A stretch of 64,000 bases of DNA from the human T2T-CHM13v2.0 reference genome, Homo sapiens. This document shows, in pieces, positions 13,957-26,405 of the stretch. The stretch lies in the NCBI RefSeq assembly GCF_009914755.1, contig NC_060940.1. The stretch is one strand, 5' to 3'. Position 1 is the stretch's first letter; every line of letters starts with the position of its first letter. The notes below the pieces were generated by a model, which saw only the letters and a program-made list of their open reading frames with translations, had not been told where the DNA came from and ran no database searches. Position numbers and translations under genes: made by a program.

Positions 13957-15363
13957 GAAGTCCCTGTTCATTCTGGTTTCATTTGTTTTGTTCTGGGGAA
14001 AATTCATGAACATACACTAGATTCCTCTGATGTGGAAGGTTTATCCTGGATCTCTCCCTTAGATCTCTTTGATAGTCTCTGATATTCTCAACAGCTGGAT
14101 CTATTGCAATTCATTAAATTTGAGGAAAACTAAAATAGATTACACTGACATTTACATTTGCATTGTCTATAACAAAAGAAATAGAGTGAGGAATTATCAA
14201 AAAATAATCAGTAGTTTAAATCAGATATTGGGGGAAGGCGGGCAAGCGAACTTCTATCTTGAGTGTTTAGAACTAGAAGAGGCTTCGGACATTTCTAGGG
14301 CTAGGGTGTTTTCAACAAGATGATGTAGTTGTTTTTCTTTGAGTGAAATGTATGTGGATGCCCAGCATATAAAATGGATCAAAGCTGAGGGGCTTTCACT
14401 GAAGCAAGGTTGTGTGAGGGTGCAGAGCCACCTCCCTCACCCTTTTCCAAATCCTGAGTGCACTGGTGTGTTGTCGTCCCATCCAAATGTCCTTTCTGCT
14501 TACAGAATATGAGAACTTTACCCAGTCTCTGATTGTCCATAATTAAAGTGCAAATGGCATTTTTTCGCATACTCCTTCTGGTCTGTCGGCATCTTCTTGG
14601 CACCCACATCAGATGTTACTACGTATATAAATTCACGTGTCATATTGCAGTCAGATTTTAATCCATTTAATTCCAAATGGCATCTCCTTGTGTTCATCTG
14701 GATTTTTTCTAATTTTTTAATCTATGGAACATCTCCCTATGGAACATACTGGACTATCTGCATTTCCCAGTCCAAAAAAATCTATGTGGATGAACTGTTA
14801 TGGGAAACATTTATCCTGAATCATCTGAACACTCCATTAATCACAGACTGCCTGAGACCTCTGTTCAAGGAGCATGACAGAGTTGTTGAGTGAAGAAGGA
14901 GGCTCAGGAGTCATTAGCAATTCATTAGTGGAAACTTTCTGAACAGTCCTCTCTGTCTTCACTCCTTAGAATGCATGCCCAGCCTCCTGCCAACACTGCC
15001 TTTCCATTATTTACTCACCTCTTCCCTTCTCCCACCTTATCTCTACCACAGGGCCTTTGAACATACTTTTCTGACTGCCTAGAATTGCCCCTCATGCTTC
15101 TTCCCCAAACTAACTTTGGCTTTTTCTCTCAGCTCAGACATCACTTCCACAAATAAATCCTTCCTTAAGTCTTCAGACCGGGTCAAACTCTTCCCCCATT
15201 GAAACCTTTCATAGCATCTTGTAAATACTTATTTGCAGGATCATTTGATTCATTTTTTTTAACCTCAAATTTCCTTAAAAACAGATAATGAAACAAAACT
15301 TACATGCTAAGGCTTTATAAAGAGGTGTAACGCCAGGGCAGCAAGAGTGAAGGAAGAAGGGTT

Positions 15364-15670
15364 GGCCGGGCGCCGCTGGGTGCGGCTGGGCTTGGTGGCT
15401 CACGCCTGTAATCCCGGCACTTTGGGAGGCTGAGGTGGGCGGATCACGAGGTCAGGAGATCGAGACCATTCTGGCTAACACGGTGAAACCGTGTCTCTAC
15501 TAAAAATACAAAAAATTAGCCGGGCTTGGTGGCGGGCGCCTGTAGTCCCAGCTACTTGGGAGGCTGAGGCAGGAGAATGGCGTGAACCTGGGAGGCGGAG
15601 CTTGCGGTGAGCAGAGATCGCAGATCGCACCACTGCGCTCCAGCCTGGGCGACAGAGCGAGACTCCACCT

Positions 15671-15706
<36 letters not shown>
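15364..15706 (+). mobile_element. AluY with internal duplications
   Basis: Forward AluY, ~35-nt A tail, flanking AAGAAGGG repeat. Confidence 0.93.
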
Positions 15707-15707
<1 letters not shown>

Positions 15708-16419
15708 AGAAGGGAAATCAGACAAGGAAAGAAAGCAAGCATATATAAGGTGGTATGTTACTGAGCGGACCACAGCTTTATAAGGAACAATGGTAAGTTG
15801 CTCCATTATAGGGGATGTTTTTTAGGCAGGCTGTGTGGAATGACTGTACCTTGCAGTGATTTGTCGGAAGAGAGAAGGGTGTGTCTGCCAAGGCCTTACC
15901 TCCTCCTATTATCTCATAGGACACGTTCACTCAGTGAGAGAATTAACTCATCTACATTTACAGGATGTGTTTTCTGGCCTCTTAGGGCAGTACCTGGACA
16001 AGATCCCATGCCCCCCTGGTGCGATGCTTCCTCTGAACCTGGAAGTAGTGGGACAAACCGTAGACTTCCTGAGTCTGGTTGGTTTGGACTTGGGTTATGA
16101 AGTCACAGCAGACATGATGAAGATCATGCCAAAGCTCAGCCCTGACCAGGGAGAGGCAGTAACAGCTGGGTTATGTTAAGATAGGAGGCACTGTGGGGGC
16201 GTTTCCTTTGCCAGAATTTCCTTTGAGGAAAGGGGCAGGTGGTGCTGAACACATCTGGAGAGTATAAAATTGGATCCCGTGCATGCCTGTCTTGTGTCTG
16301 CCACTCTCTTGTACGCAAAATAAGGGCGAAAACTCTATGTTTTCCTTTGCTGAATATTGTATAACTAGCCAGCCTCTAGAACAGTGCCAGGAAATAGAAT
16401 TACTTAAATATTTGTTGAA

Positions 16420-16872
16420 TGGATGGATAGGTGGATGGATGAAAGGGTAGGTGGATGGGTAGATGAATGGGTGACTAGGTGGATGGGTGGATGAGTGGGT
16501 TGGTGGATGGGTAGATGGGTGGATGAGTGCATGGGTAGATGGATGGATGAGTGGGTAGGTGGACAGGTAGATGGATAGGTGAATAGGTAGATGGTTAGGT
16601 GGGTGGATGAGTGGGTGGGTGGATGGATGGGTGGGTAGGTGGGTGGACAGGTAGGTGGGTGGATGAATGGGTGGGTGGATAGGTAGGTAGGTGGGTGGGT
16701 GGGCGGGTAGGTATTTAGATGGATGGGTGGTTGGATGGGTAGATGAATGAGTGGGTAGATGAGTGGATGGGTGGATGGATAGCTGGGTGGATTGACGGAT
16801 GAGTAGATGAGTGGGTGAGTGGATTGGTGGATCGATGGATGGGTAGGTGGGTTGATGGACAGATGGGTAGAT
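16420..16872. repeat. (GGAT/GGGT/GAGT)n low-complexity tract abutting an L2 3' end
   Basis: ~450 bp degenerate tetramer repeat after AAATATTTGTTGAATG. Confidence 0.9.
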
Positions 16873-17762
16873 ATTTAAATTAAAATTAATTAAAATATCT
16901 TAGCCTCTGCCCACTTCTTCAGAATTACTGGTAAGTTGTTGTGAGCTAGAGGCAACAATATTTGACCAACTGGAGAATCATCTTTGCACAGCATGCTTTG
17001 CCACATATTAGCCTGGAGCTCTCCAGTGGCTGAGTTGGTCCTGGAATTCTGATAATTTCCAATGAGGTGATTTTCTCTAGATTTTCACTTGTAGGATTTA
17101 TGTAAGAGTTACTGGCATAAAGACACTAGGATCAAGTGTCTTTATTGCCAGTAAAGAAACCACCAATGGTGTGTGGCTTGTGGAGCTCTGCAATGTAATA
17201 TTTTACAAGTGCCTTCCATGGGCCACACATACTGTGAAGGACTTTGCTCGAATTACAGAAAGCAATTCCTCTGGAGCAGCAGAATTGGGAGGTTGAACCC
17301 CATCATGTCTAACTCCAGAGTCCATGCTTTTAACAATGTTTTCCCGAGATAAGTGCGTAATTAAATATATACAAGATGGATTTTAGATACTACAGAGACA
17401 AGATTATTAACCTTAGTGCTTATGTATTTGCTTAAATACATGGTAACAATGCTAGTTTTTAATTAGGATGTTAATGTTTTCATTTCAAAATACATTAATT
17501 TAAATAAGGAAATAGTTTCAAGAAAAATATCAACTCTATAAGAGTGCAGCTGGTACAAATATATGACAGAAGCCATGAGGGTGGTGCACAGATGACTAAA
17601 GCCTGGGAAACACTGCAATAAGCCAAACTGGAATATCCAATGGGACTCAGAACCCTCTGAGGCCCTCCTCATTCCCTCTTCTTCCCCTATTCTTTACTCC
17701 CATGATTACTGTAGGGCTAGAAATTTTCCCTTCAAACATGAATAATCTATAGCTCTTAAACC

Positions 17763-18069
17763 TTTTTTTTTTTTTTTGAGACTGGGTCTTGCTCTGTCAC
17801 TCAGGCTGGAGTGCCGTGGCATGATTTCAGCCCCTGGGCTGAAATCTTCAAACTCTTGGGCTCAAGCGATTGTCCCTCTTCAGCCTCCCCAGTAGCTGGG
17901 ACTACAAGCATGCACCACCATGCCCGGCTAATTAAAAGATAATTTTTTTTATAGAGACTAGGTCTTGATATGTTGCCCAGGCTGGTCTCAAATTCCTGGA
18001 CTCAAATGATCCTCCCGCCCCAGCCTGCCAAAGTTCTCATTTTATAGGCATGAGCGACCGCTCGTGGCT
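17763..18069 (-). mobile_element. AluJ
   Basis: Diverged reverse Alu. Confidence 0.88.
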
Positions 18070-18337
18070 ACCATTTTCAACTTACGATTGTGTCTCTTTT
18101 GTCCTAGATTAACAGGCTAATTTGCTCTCAAGAACTGAGGGAGTGGTACAGAGGAAATAGAGTTTTGACATGGAGACCCAGAGGAAGTAGCAGCTCTGGC
18201 TGTGCGTACTAGTTAACAAGACTCACTTTCCACATGGCATGCACCTTTGCATTTTGAACTGATTTTGGTGCCCTGTTGTTTAAAACAGGAAATCTTCTTT
18301 GCCCATGAGTTTGAATGAAAGGTTGAAGTAGGTGGAG

Positions 18338-18400
18338 ATAATTGAGAGAAGTGAATCCATAATTGAGAGAAGAGAACTCCATAATTGAGAGAAGAGAATC
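18338..18400. repeat. 21-22 bp unit, 3 copies
   Basis: ATAATTGAGAGAAG(T/A)GAA... three times. Confidence 0.9.
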
Positions 18401-18790
18401 ACTAAGATCTCTGTCACTCTTTCTTCTCCTACCGTTCTGTGTTTCCAGAAAGGACACAGCTTCTAGCACATGATAGGCACTTGGAAAAGTGAATAAAGCA
18501 ATATAAAGTTCTTAAAATAGTGGCTGACACATTTTAAGTACCATATTTATGTTTGCTAATTTCTTCAATATGATTACAATAGTAAATTGATTGAGTTAGA
18601 GCAAATAAAGTGGGAAGAGCGTGGTTTGTGGACTCCCATAGGGTTGTGTGTTAAATATCCTCTGTGGTATCTGAGATATGCACTCTACACATACTTCCAT
18701 CCTGTTCTCTGCCCTTCATCAACAAGGTTGTAGATCCTCTGACAGCCATTTCAATTTTCCTCGTTGGGGGACACAAGAAATGGGAGGGAA

Positions 18791-19196
<406 letters not shown>

Positions 19197-19854
19197 TCAA
19201 TGCACCTGCTCCAAACAGTTTCTCCTCCTGCATTTTGGTGACTACTTCTCGCCACCGCCCACCACCACCCCTCCCACCCGGCCCATTGTTTGAGACCTAG
19301 GCACAAGGATGACTTCATTGACAGGAGTCTAGGGTCATTGCTCCACCCCTGCGGTACCTTTGTAGCTAGTGCCTTTTTAAATACAGCGACAGCTTCCTGA
19401 TCACCTACATTGGAGTGTGCCAGGTCTTTTCTTTCCTATTGGGATCCTGCCAACTGCAAAGCTAGCCTCTGCTATTCCCTAGGCCTGGGGCCTTGGCCAA
19501 GTTCTTTAACATCTCTTGGGTTCAGCATCTTTGTCTGCAAAACAGCTAAGCCAGGGTCTCAATCTCAAATGCCTCAGGAACCACACAAGTGGTCAAATGA
19601 GTGAGGAGGGTCTGTGCCCCCCAACTGAGGCCTCTTGTCAAAGGCCTTCAAGAGAGCAGGCCTAGGTGGCCAGATGTTTTGATTTATTAAGAGAGTCCAC
19701 AAATCTGGCTTTTCTATGAAGTATCCTGACTTTGAAATGCTAATTTTAGAAATATTCAGCAGGCCAAACTTTGGGTTTATTGAGAGTTTATTGAGAGGAC
19801 TAGAAGGCAATGCATACAAGGTCGTGTTGCACGGTGATTAAGAATATGTACTCT

Positions 19855-20017
19855 AGGATAAATAGCTAATGCATGTGGGGCTTAATACCAAGGTGATGGG
19901 TTGATAGGTGCAGCAAACCACCATAGCACACGTTTGCCTGTGTAACAAACCTGCACGTCTTACACATGTATCCTGAAACTTAAGATAAAATAAAATTTTT
20001 TTTAAAGAAAATAAAAA
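19855..20017 (+). mobile_element. Short L1PA 3' end inserted in a MIR
   Basis: ATAGCTAATGCATGTGGGGCTTAATACC...GTAACAAACCTGCACGTC plus A tail; flanks AAGAATA....CTCTA; MIR resumes to ~20235. Confidence 0.85.
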
Positions 20018-21307
20018 AGAATACCTGCTCTACAGCCTGACTACCTGGCTTTGCCTGCAGGCTCTGCTGCTTATTACCTGGGTGACCTTGGACATTTCAC
20101 TTAGCTTCTCTAAGCCTCAGTTTTCTTATCTGCAAAATGGAGATAATATTTTATCCATTGCATAGAGTCATAATGAGGGTTTACATAGTTAATATTTGTA
20201 AAGATTTAGGAAAGTGTACATAGGAAGCATTACTGAAGCATTTGTGAACTTAAAAAATGGGTCAGTGTGATATGCCTGATGCAATACTTGGCATATCAGA
20301 GACTTTTAGTCTATGGCCACTCAATGAATGTCCAGAAGGTTTTAATGATGGGAATATAAACACAGATTTCTGCAGCTTCTTATATGCTATTCATTTAACA
20401 TGCACTCTCAAAATAATGGAAGCCTTTCATTTTATTTCTCTCTCCAGAATGGTCTATTTAATGCCCCTTGCCTTGAGATAGTGTCTGACTTTAGAGGTCC
20501 TCATCAGGGTATATTGATACTCGGCCCTAAGATTGTTCTAATAAGCTTTATTGACTTGGTGAACCTCGGAGTACTTTTTATTGACATGCAGTGTAAATCA
20601 TTCCATCTGACATTTGAATGTCCTTTCTGAGAAACGTATTAGACCTTAGGTGGAATCCTGAGCTGCTGGTGATGTGTGCATTTCTTAGTCAAGCGTGCAG
20701 TGTGTTAGATGAAGATGTCACATGCACAGTCTTGTCTTAAACCAAAATCGGATGAGGGAAAGGGTCATGAAATTTGTTTTGTTGCTAAAAAACAAAACAA
20801 AACAAAACAAAACTTGGGGGAACTTTAAGAAGAGAGTGTGTTTTAATGGGAGTGTAAATATTTCCTCTGTCTTTAGAAATTATAAAAAGCCAAGAGTCCA
20901 TTTCTTAATACCAGGAGCATGAGACACACAGACAGTAATAGATTTGCTGAGAAAGTCACATGACTTCAAATGCGGAAGTTTACATTTCGTTCAAATGTAT
21001 TCGTGGAAAGAGGGGAAAAACACCCTGCAGCTGAAATTTTCTAATACAATAGCCATTTAAGGAATGATCACACCTTCCAGGAACTCCATTTCTTGGATAA
21101 TGTTTCATAAGCCCATCTGGACACTCATTCCCTTATGCAGTCATTCTGCCAATGTTTGTTGAGCATCTGCTATGGGCCAGGCACCTGCTAGAGCTGGGAG
21201 CACATTGAGAAATGCAACAGTGTCCCTGCCCCCAAGGAGCTCATGGTCTAGCTGGGAAGATACAGAAATGATTGGTGTAATACAAGGCATGAAGTGTTAG
21301 GTGATAC

Positions 21308-21521
21308 AAGGGTTTTCAACTTTGGCAGTGTTGACGTTCTGAGCTGGGTCATTCTTTGTTGTGGGGCACTGCCTCTGTGTTGCAGGATATTAAACAGCCT
21401 CCCTGGCCTCTACCCACTGGATACCACAAGCATCCCTTCTCCAGTCATGACAACCAAAAATGTCTCTAGACATTGCCAAATGCCCCTGGGGGAAAAACAT
21501 TGCCCCTGTTGAGAAAGTCTG
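21308..21521 (+). mobile_element. MER20 within L2 remnants
   Basis: CCCTGGCCTCTACCCACTGGAT...GACAACCAAAAATGTCTCTAGACATTGCCAAATGCCCCTGGGGG. Confidence 0.88.
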
Positions 21522-21889
21522 TTCAGTAGAGATATTTACACAATTTGTTAGGAAAAGAGCAGCTGATTCAGCCAGGAGGAGTTGGGTGGATTTTAAAAAA
21601 AGGCTAATGGCATTTGAGCTGGGTCTTGAGTCAGGTATATGGCTCAATAGGTGATGAAGTAGAAGTTTAGCATGCCAGGCAAATGGGTGCAGTGGGATGA
21701 CAGAAGAGACTATTTAGAGACGAATGTGTCATTCTTTGTGGGTGAAATCAGACTGTATAGCAGACAAGGCTAGGAAGGCAGGCTTGGGCCAATTCATGGA
21801 GAGTCTTGTATGGTAAGCAAAGATGTTAGAACTGGATCCTATAGGTGGTGCAGAGGTTGAGAGGCAATGAGGTTATTCATTAGATAAGT

Positions 21890-22490
21890 GGTGTGTTAAC
21901 ATTTGTGTTGTATTGCCTAATTACTTGGCTGTTTAGCATCTGTATAACTTTGCTGGTAATAGCACCCGGTTTCCTACGGGGAAATCACCTCTCCTCCCTT
22001 CTCAGACCAGATAGTTCAGGTGGGGTTGAATCTGTACTCTGGTTCCACAGATGTGGCTGGTCAGAGGGCTGCATCCACCAAGTCACAGTGATGGTTCAGC
22101 CCCGGGTATGTGATCCCATCTGGACCAGTGAGTGCACACACAAGGATTTGTTTGAGCCCTACTGTAGGGAAAAAAAAAAAAGGAAAAAAATGTTCTCCTT
22201 CTGCTGGAGTTAGTAGTCAGTAGAATATTACATGCCAGTCTGTGCCTATTGGAGGGCATTTTGATGCAGTAACCAGAGAACCTGCCAACGTGGACCATGA
22301 CACAGAAGAAAGAAAGAAGAGATGGAGACAGAAGGGTCCTCACTGATGAAGCATTTGGCTCCAGCATTGCCTAAAGCCAGTTTTCCTTATAATTATTACA
22401 CCTGTGTGTCCATAAATCCCATTTTCAGCTTCAACTAGTTTGAGTTGAGTTTCTGTCACTCAGAAGGGGAAGAGAGAGACCTGACAAATG
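21890..22490 (+). mobile_element. Decayed old MaLR LTR (MLT1J/K/L-like)
   Basis: 3' end CATAAATCCC...CTAGTTTGAGTTGAGTTTCTGTCACT typical of old MLT1. Confidence 0.55.
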
Positions 22491-22700
22491 GAGTGTTTTA
22501 AAATATTGGTCTTGGATATGTGGAGAGTGGGTTTTCATAATACCAGCTAAAGCTGTTGTTCAAGGCCAGACAAGAGGCGATAAGATACAATGAGTGGAAA
22601 TGAGGGGAACCTAAGAGGATTGTAGGAGGGAATGAGAGTTTAATTGGGCATATGTTGAATTGCATGCTCAGCACACAAGCTCTTTTGTCACATGGGTCCG

Positions 22701-22898
22701 CCTTCTCTCCCCATATTTTTTCTCCCATATCTCTGCCATCCATGTAGGATTATATCTCACTGGAACCAAGCTTTCTGGGAATGGGGATGTGACAATATGG
22801 ATTTACCCTCTCTCCCCATCCTTTTCTTCCATATCTCTGCCATCCATGTAGGATTATTTCTCACTGGAACCAAGCTTTCTGGGAATGAGGATATGACA
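22701..22898. repeat. 104-bp tandem duplication
   Basis: CCATATCTCTGCCATCCATGTAGGATTAT.TCTCACTGGAACCAAGCTTTCTGGGAATG twice, period 104. Confidence 0.93.
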
Positions 22899-23427
22899 GT
22901 CACCCTCTAAGATGGCACTAAATGATCCCTCTCTCCTGGTATCTGCAGTCTGTGTAATCTCCCTTTCAGCTTGGCGTGAATGAATTGATTCACTTCCCAT
23001 AAGTGGAATAGGACAGAAATGATGAGATATCACTTCCAAGACTGAGTCATAAGAAGAAGTCAGTTTCCCGCTTGGATGCTTGCTCTCCTGCTCTAAGGGG
23101 ATCCAGCTACCACATCCTGAGCTGCCCACTGGAGATACTAACATGACAAGGCACTGAGGGTGACCAGTAGCCTGAAGCCCCCAAGGAACTGAATCCTGCC
23201 AGTAGTCACATGACTGAGCAGGCAGCTGGATCCTTCTTCAGTCAGGTCTTGAGATGAAACTGCAGCCACAGTTGACATGTTGATTCCAGCCTTGCCAGAG
23301 ACCTTGAACGAGAGGTACCCAGTAGAGCCATGCTACTTACTGACCCATAGGCACTGTGAGTTAATGTTTCTTGTTTCAAGCTGCTAATTTTTGGAGTAAA
23401 CAACACTAGCAAGAGATAACTAATACA
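22892..23427 (+). mobile_element. MLT1F-type solo LTR
   Basis: CCTCTAAGATGGC...GATCCC start, GATAACTAATACA end, TSD GAGGA/GTGGA. Confidence 0.8.
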
Positions 23428-23724
23428 GTGGATATTTTGTTTCCACTTTAGTTTGCGTAAATAGTAGGCACTCAATACATACTTGTGGGATGAATGAACA
23501 GATTGATTATAAACAGCAGCCCCAGAAGCCTGGAAGATAGCCAGGCGATGACGATGTGTTTTGAGCTGGAGATATGGGTATGGGAACTTAGCCAAGAGGT
23601 GAGGGATGCACAGAACTTTGATATCTAGCAGCCGTGGGGACATTGATGACATCTGTAGGAAGTGATTTAGGGGAACTCGTGGAGAACGCAGTGGAGAGGA
23701 GTATCATTTAAGAAAGGTGATATG

Positions 23725-24021
23725 GGCCAGGTGCAGTGGCTCACATCTGTAATCCCAACACCTTAGGAGGTTGACTTGGGCAGATCACTTGAGGTCAGGA
23801 GTTTTTCACCAACATGTTGAAACCTCATCTCTACTGAAAACACAAAACATTAGCCAGGCATGGTGGCATGCACCTGTAGTCCCAGCTACTCAGGAGGCTG
23901 AAGCAGGAGGGTCACTTGAACCTGGCAGGCAGAGGTTGCAGTGAGTCGAGCTGGTGCCACTGTACTCCAGCCTGGGTGGCATAGTGAAACTGTATCCCCC
24001 CCACCCACCCCCCAAAAAAAG
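23725..24021 (+). mobile_element. Old Alu (J/S)
   Basis: Diverged forward Alu with a deletion in the left arm. Confidence 0.88.
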
Positions 24022-25587
24022 GTAGTGTGTAGGCAGAGTGAATAAAGAGACAAGAGGGATGGAGCAGTTCAGAAGCAGGAAGGTGGCCAGGAGTGTGGTG
24101 TTCCTGAAGCCACAGAGAGCTGCCAGGAGATTGTTAATACATCCTATGATGAAGAAATAGCAGCTGGGATCCAGGAATGCACATGGGCACGGCATGAAGA
24201 AGATACTAAGACAGTAGCTTTAGTGGAGTGGTGTGAATGGGAAATGGCAGGGGGTCACCAGAAGGTGGAGAAACTGGAGGTGATAAATGTGGATTACCAT
24301 TTTCTACAAGCTTGCTGGTTAGAGGCACATCCAAATCAAGATTGCGGTTAAGGTTGAGGAAGAGTTGAAGGAGCTGGAGTCATATCCCAGAGCTTCAGCA
24401 TGTGTATATCCTGACAACCAGGGGAGTTTGAAGATGGAGCAGAGGGAAGGGTTAACTGTTGGAAAAAAGAACCCAGAGGAAAGATGGACACAGCACCCTG
24501 GCAGAGCGTTTAGCCTTGGCACAAAGAAGTGTGTTCAGATAAGTACCTACGTTTTGGTTCAACATCTGTCCTGTGCTGTTCTGTGTTCTCCGTGAACTGC
24601 TCCAGGAAAAATGTGGTTGCTTTTATTGCCAAGTTGCTTAATTGCCTTACGGAATAATGGCAAGCAAGCTCGTCTTAGAGCTTTTGAACACAGAGACGAA
24701 TCAAAGCAGGAAGAGGTAGAGAAATCAAATAGACGGATGGCTTTCTCATTGACAGCCTCTCAAGTTGGCTACCCCTTCTTTTATTGGTCTATTAATGGCT
24801 GCTGACATCTGTGAAATGCCTTTTCGACTAAAAATGGAGAGGGATGCAAGAAAATTCTACGTGCTATCATAAGGCATATGGTTTGTCTTTTACTTTTTTT
24901 TTTTTTTTCTTCTCCATCTTGTCCATTGTAAAAGAGCCTCTTGTGCACACGGGTTCACAACATTCTTCAACAGTGATTCCAGGTCCAGGATGACTGCCAC
25001 TTCGTGGTCTCTAAAAAAGACCTACCAAAAAGCCACGATGGTACCTCATTCCATTTTTCTACCACCTTAAAACTGCCAACTCATTTTCACGTGGTTGCAC
25101 TTTGCTCTCACACCTGTGAGTCAAGTAGGGCTTTGATACAAAGAAGCACGTTCCACAGGGCTTGACTGCCTCCAGTTGCCAGTCTGGGACAAGAATTTCT
25201 GATGCCTAATTTGTTTATTTTTCCTAATACATTACATCACTGTTTCTTAGTCCTAGTTATGGCTCCAGGGACTTAGAAATGGCACTTCCTGAGTGTTCCC
25301 ATGGGTTCCCTGCAAAATACCTGTAGATTTTAATATATTCATGGTGCATAATCAGTGCTTCAGAGACAGCCCTGCTAACAATTACCTCCTTTCTGAGAGC
25401 TTGAGAGCACAGCAAGCAATCATGTTTTCAGAGAAGGGAAATATCCATGCACAAAGCCCTCAGATCTTAAAATCACGTTAAATCCCTCCTCCCCCCACCT
25501 CCAAGCCTATCCACAAGTTATTCTGTTGTTGGACAAAATGCACTGATATTCCTTATCAGGCATTTGGAACATCTGTGACATGGGGCA

Positions 25588-25605
25588 GTGTGTGTATGTG
25601 TGTGT

Positions 25606-25643
<38 letters not shown>
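25588..25643. repeat. (TG)n microsatellite
   Basis: Direct read. Confidence 0.95.
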
Positions 25644-25646
<3 letters not shown>

Positions 25647-25919
25647 GGGGGATTTGAAAATTCAGATTCCCATTCTCATCCTATACTTCCTGAATCAGAA
25701 TCTCCAGCATGGAGCCCAGCATCTGGATTTTGATAAGCATTACAGATGAGTCTTACATACACTGCAGTTGGACAGCCACAGCACATTTTGACATTCCGTC
25801 AGTGGAGCTCCATGGATGAGGAGAGATACTGGGGTTTTTCTTTCTTATCAGGCACGTGGCTGCTGCAGGAAAGCTAACAGTTTCCCTTCTTTCTTCCTGG
25901 GGACATTAAGAATACTGAG

Positions 25920-26405
25920 GGTGCTGTGTTGCCCCACACCTCGTATCCCCAGGTGTTTTCTGCTAACATGCATGCAGGCTGGACTTCCAAATCTCAGCAC
26001 CTGACAACTCTCTTTGGTCGCTGAATTCTGCTCAACCCATGTCCAAGGAAGGCTGTAAGTGGTATAGGATTAACACCTCCCCTCCCCAGGATAACCAACC
26101 GTCACCAATAAGTGATGGAAACTGGTGAATGTACATTCCAGCTCCCTTGCCCCGGGGTGGGGTTGGGTGAAAACTCTGGGGAGTATGTTTTATACTAGCT
26201 CCAAGAAGTCTTTATTTGGAATAATTTCCAGGTACCCACAGTGGTAACTTGCTTGAGGACATTCTTTTTGTTGGCTTCTGTCTCTTCTCCATTTACTTCC
26301 CCACTCCTGGCCATTGGGCCATTGTTTCCTGGCTTCACCTCCCCAGTTCACTACTGACATTCAAATACTTATCTCATGGTCGACTTCTGGAGGAAGCAAA
26401 CGGAG
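25920..26405 (+). mobile_element. LTR16-like (ERVL) LTR
   Basis: CCAGCTCCCTTGCCCC...CCCACAGTGGTAACTTGCTTGA...CTTCTGGAGGAAGCAAAC. Confidence 0.65.

Noticed and set aside
15290-16130. Possible decayed ERVL/MaLR LTR around the AluY
   Set aside because: Too diverged to assign family or boundaries by eye
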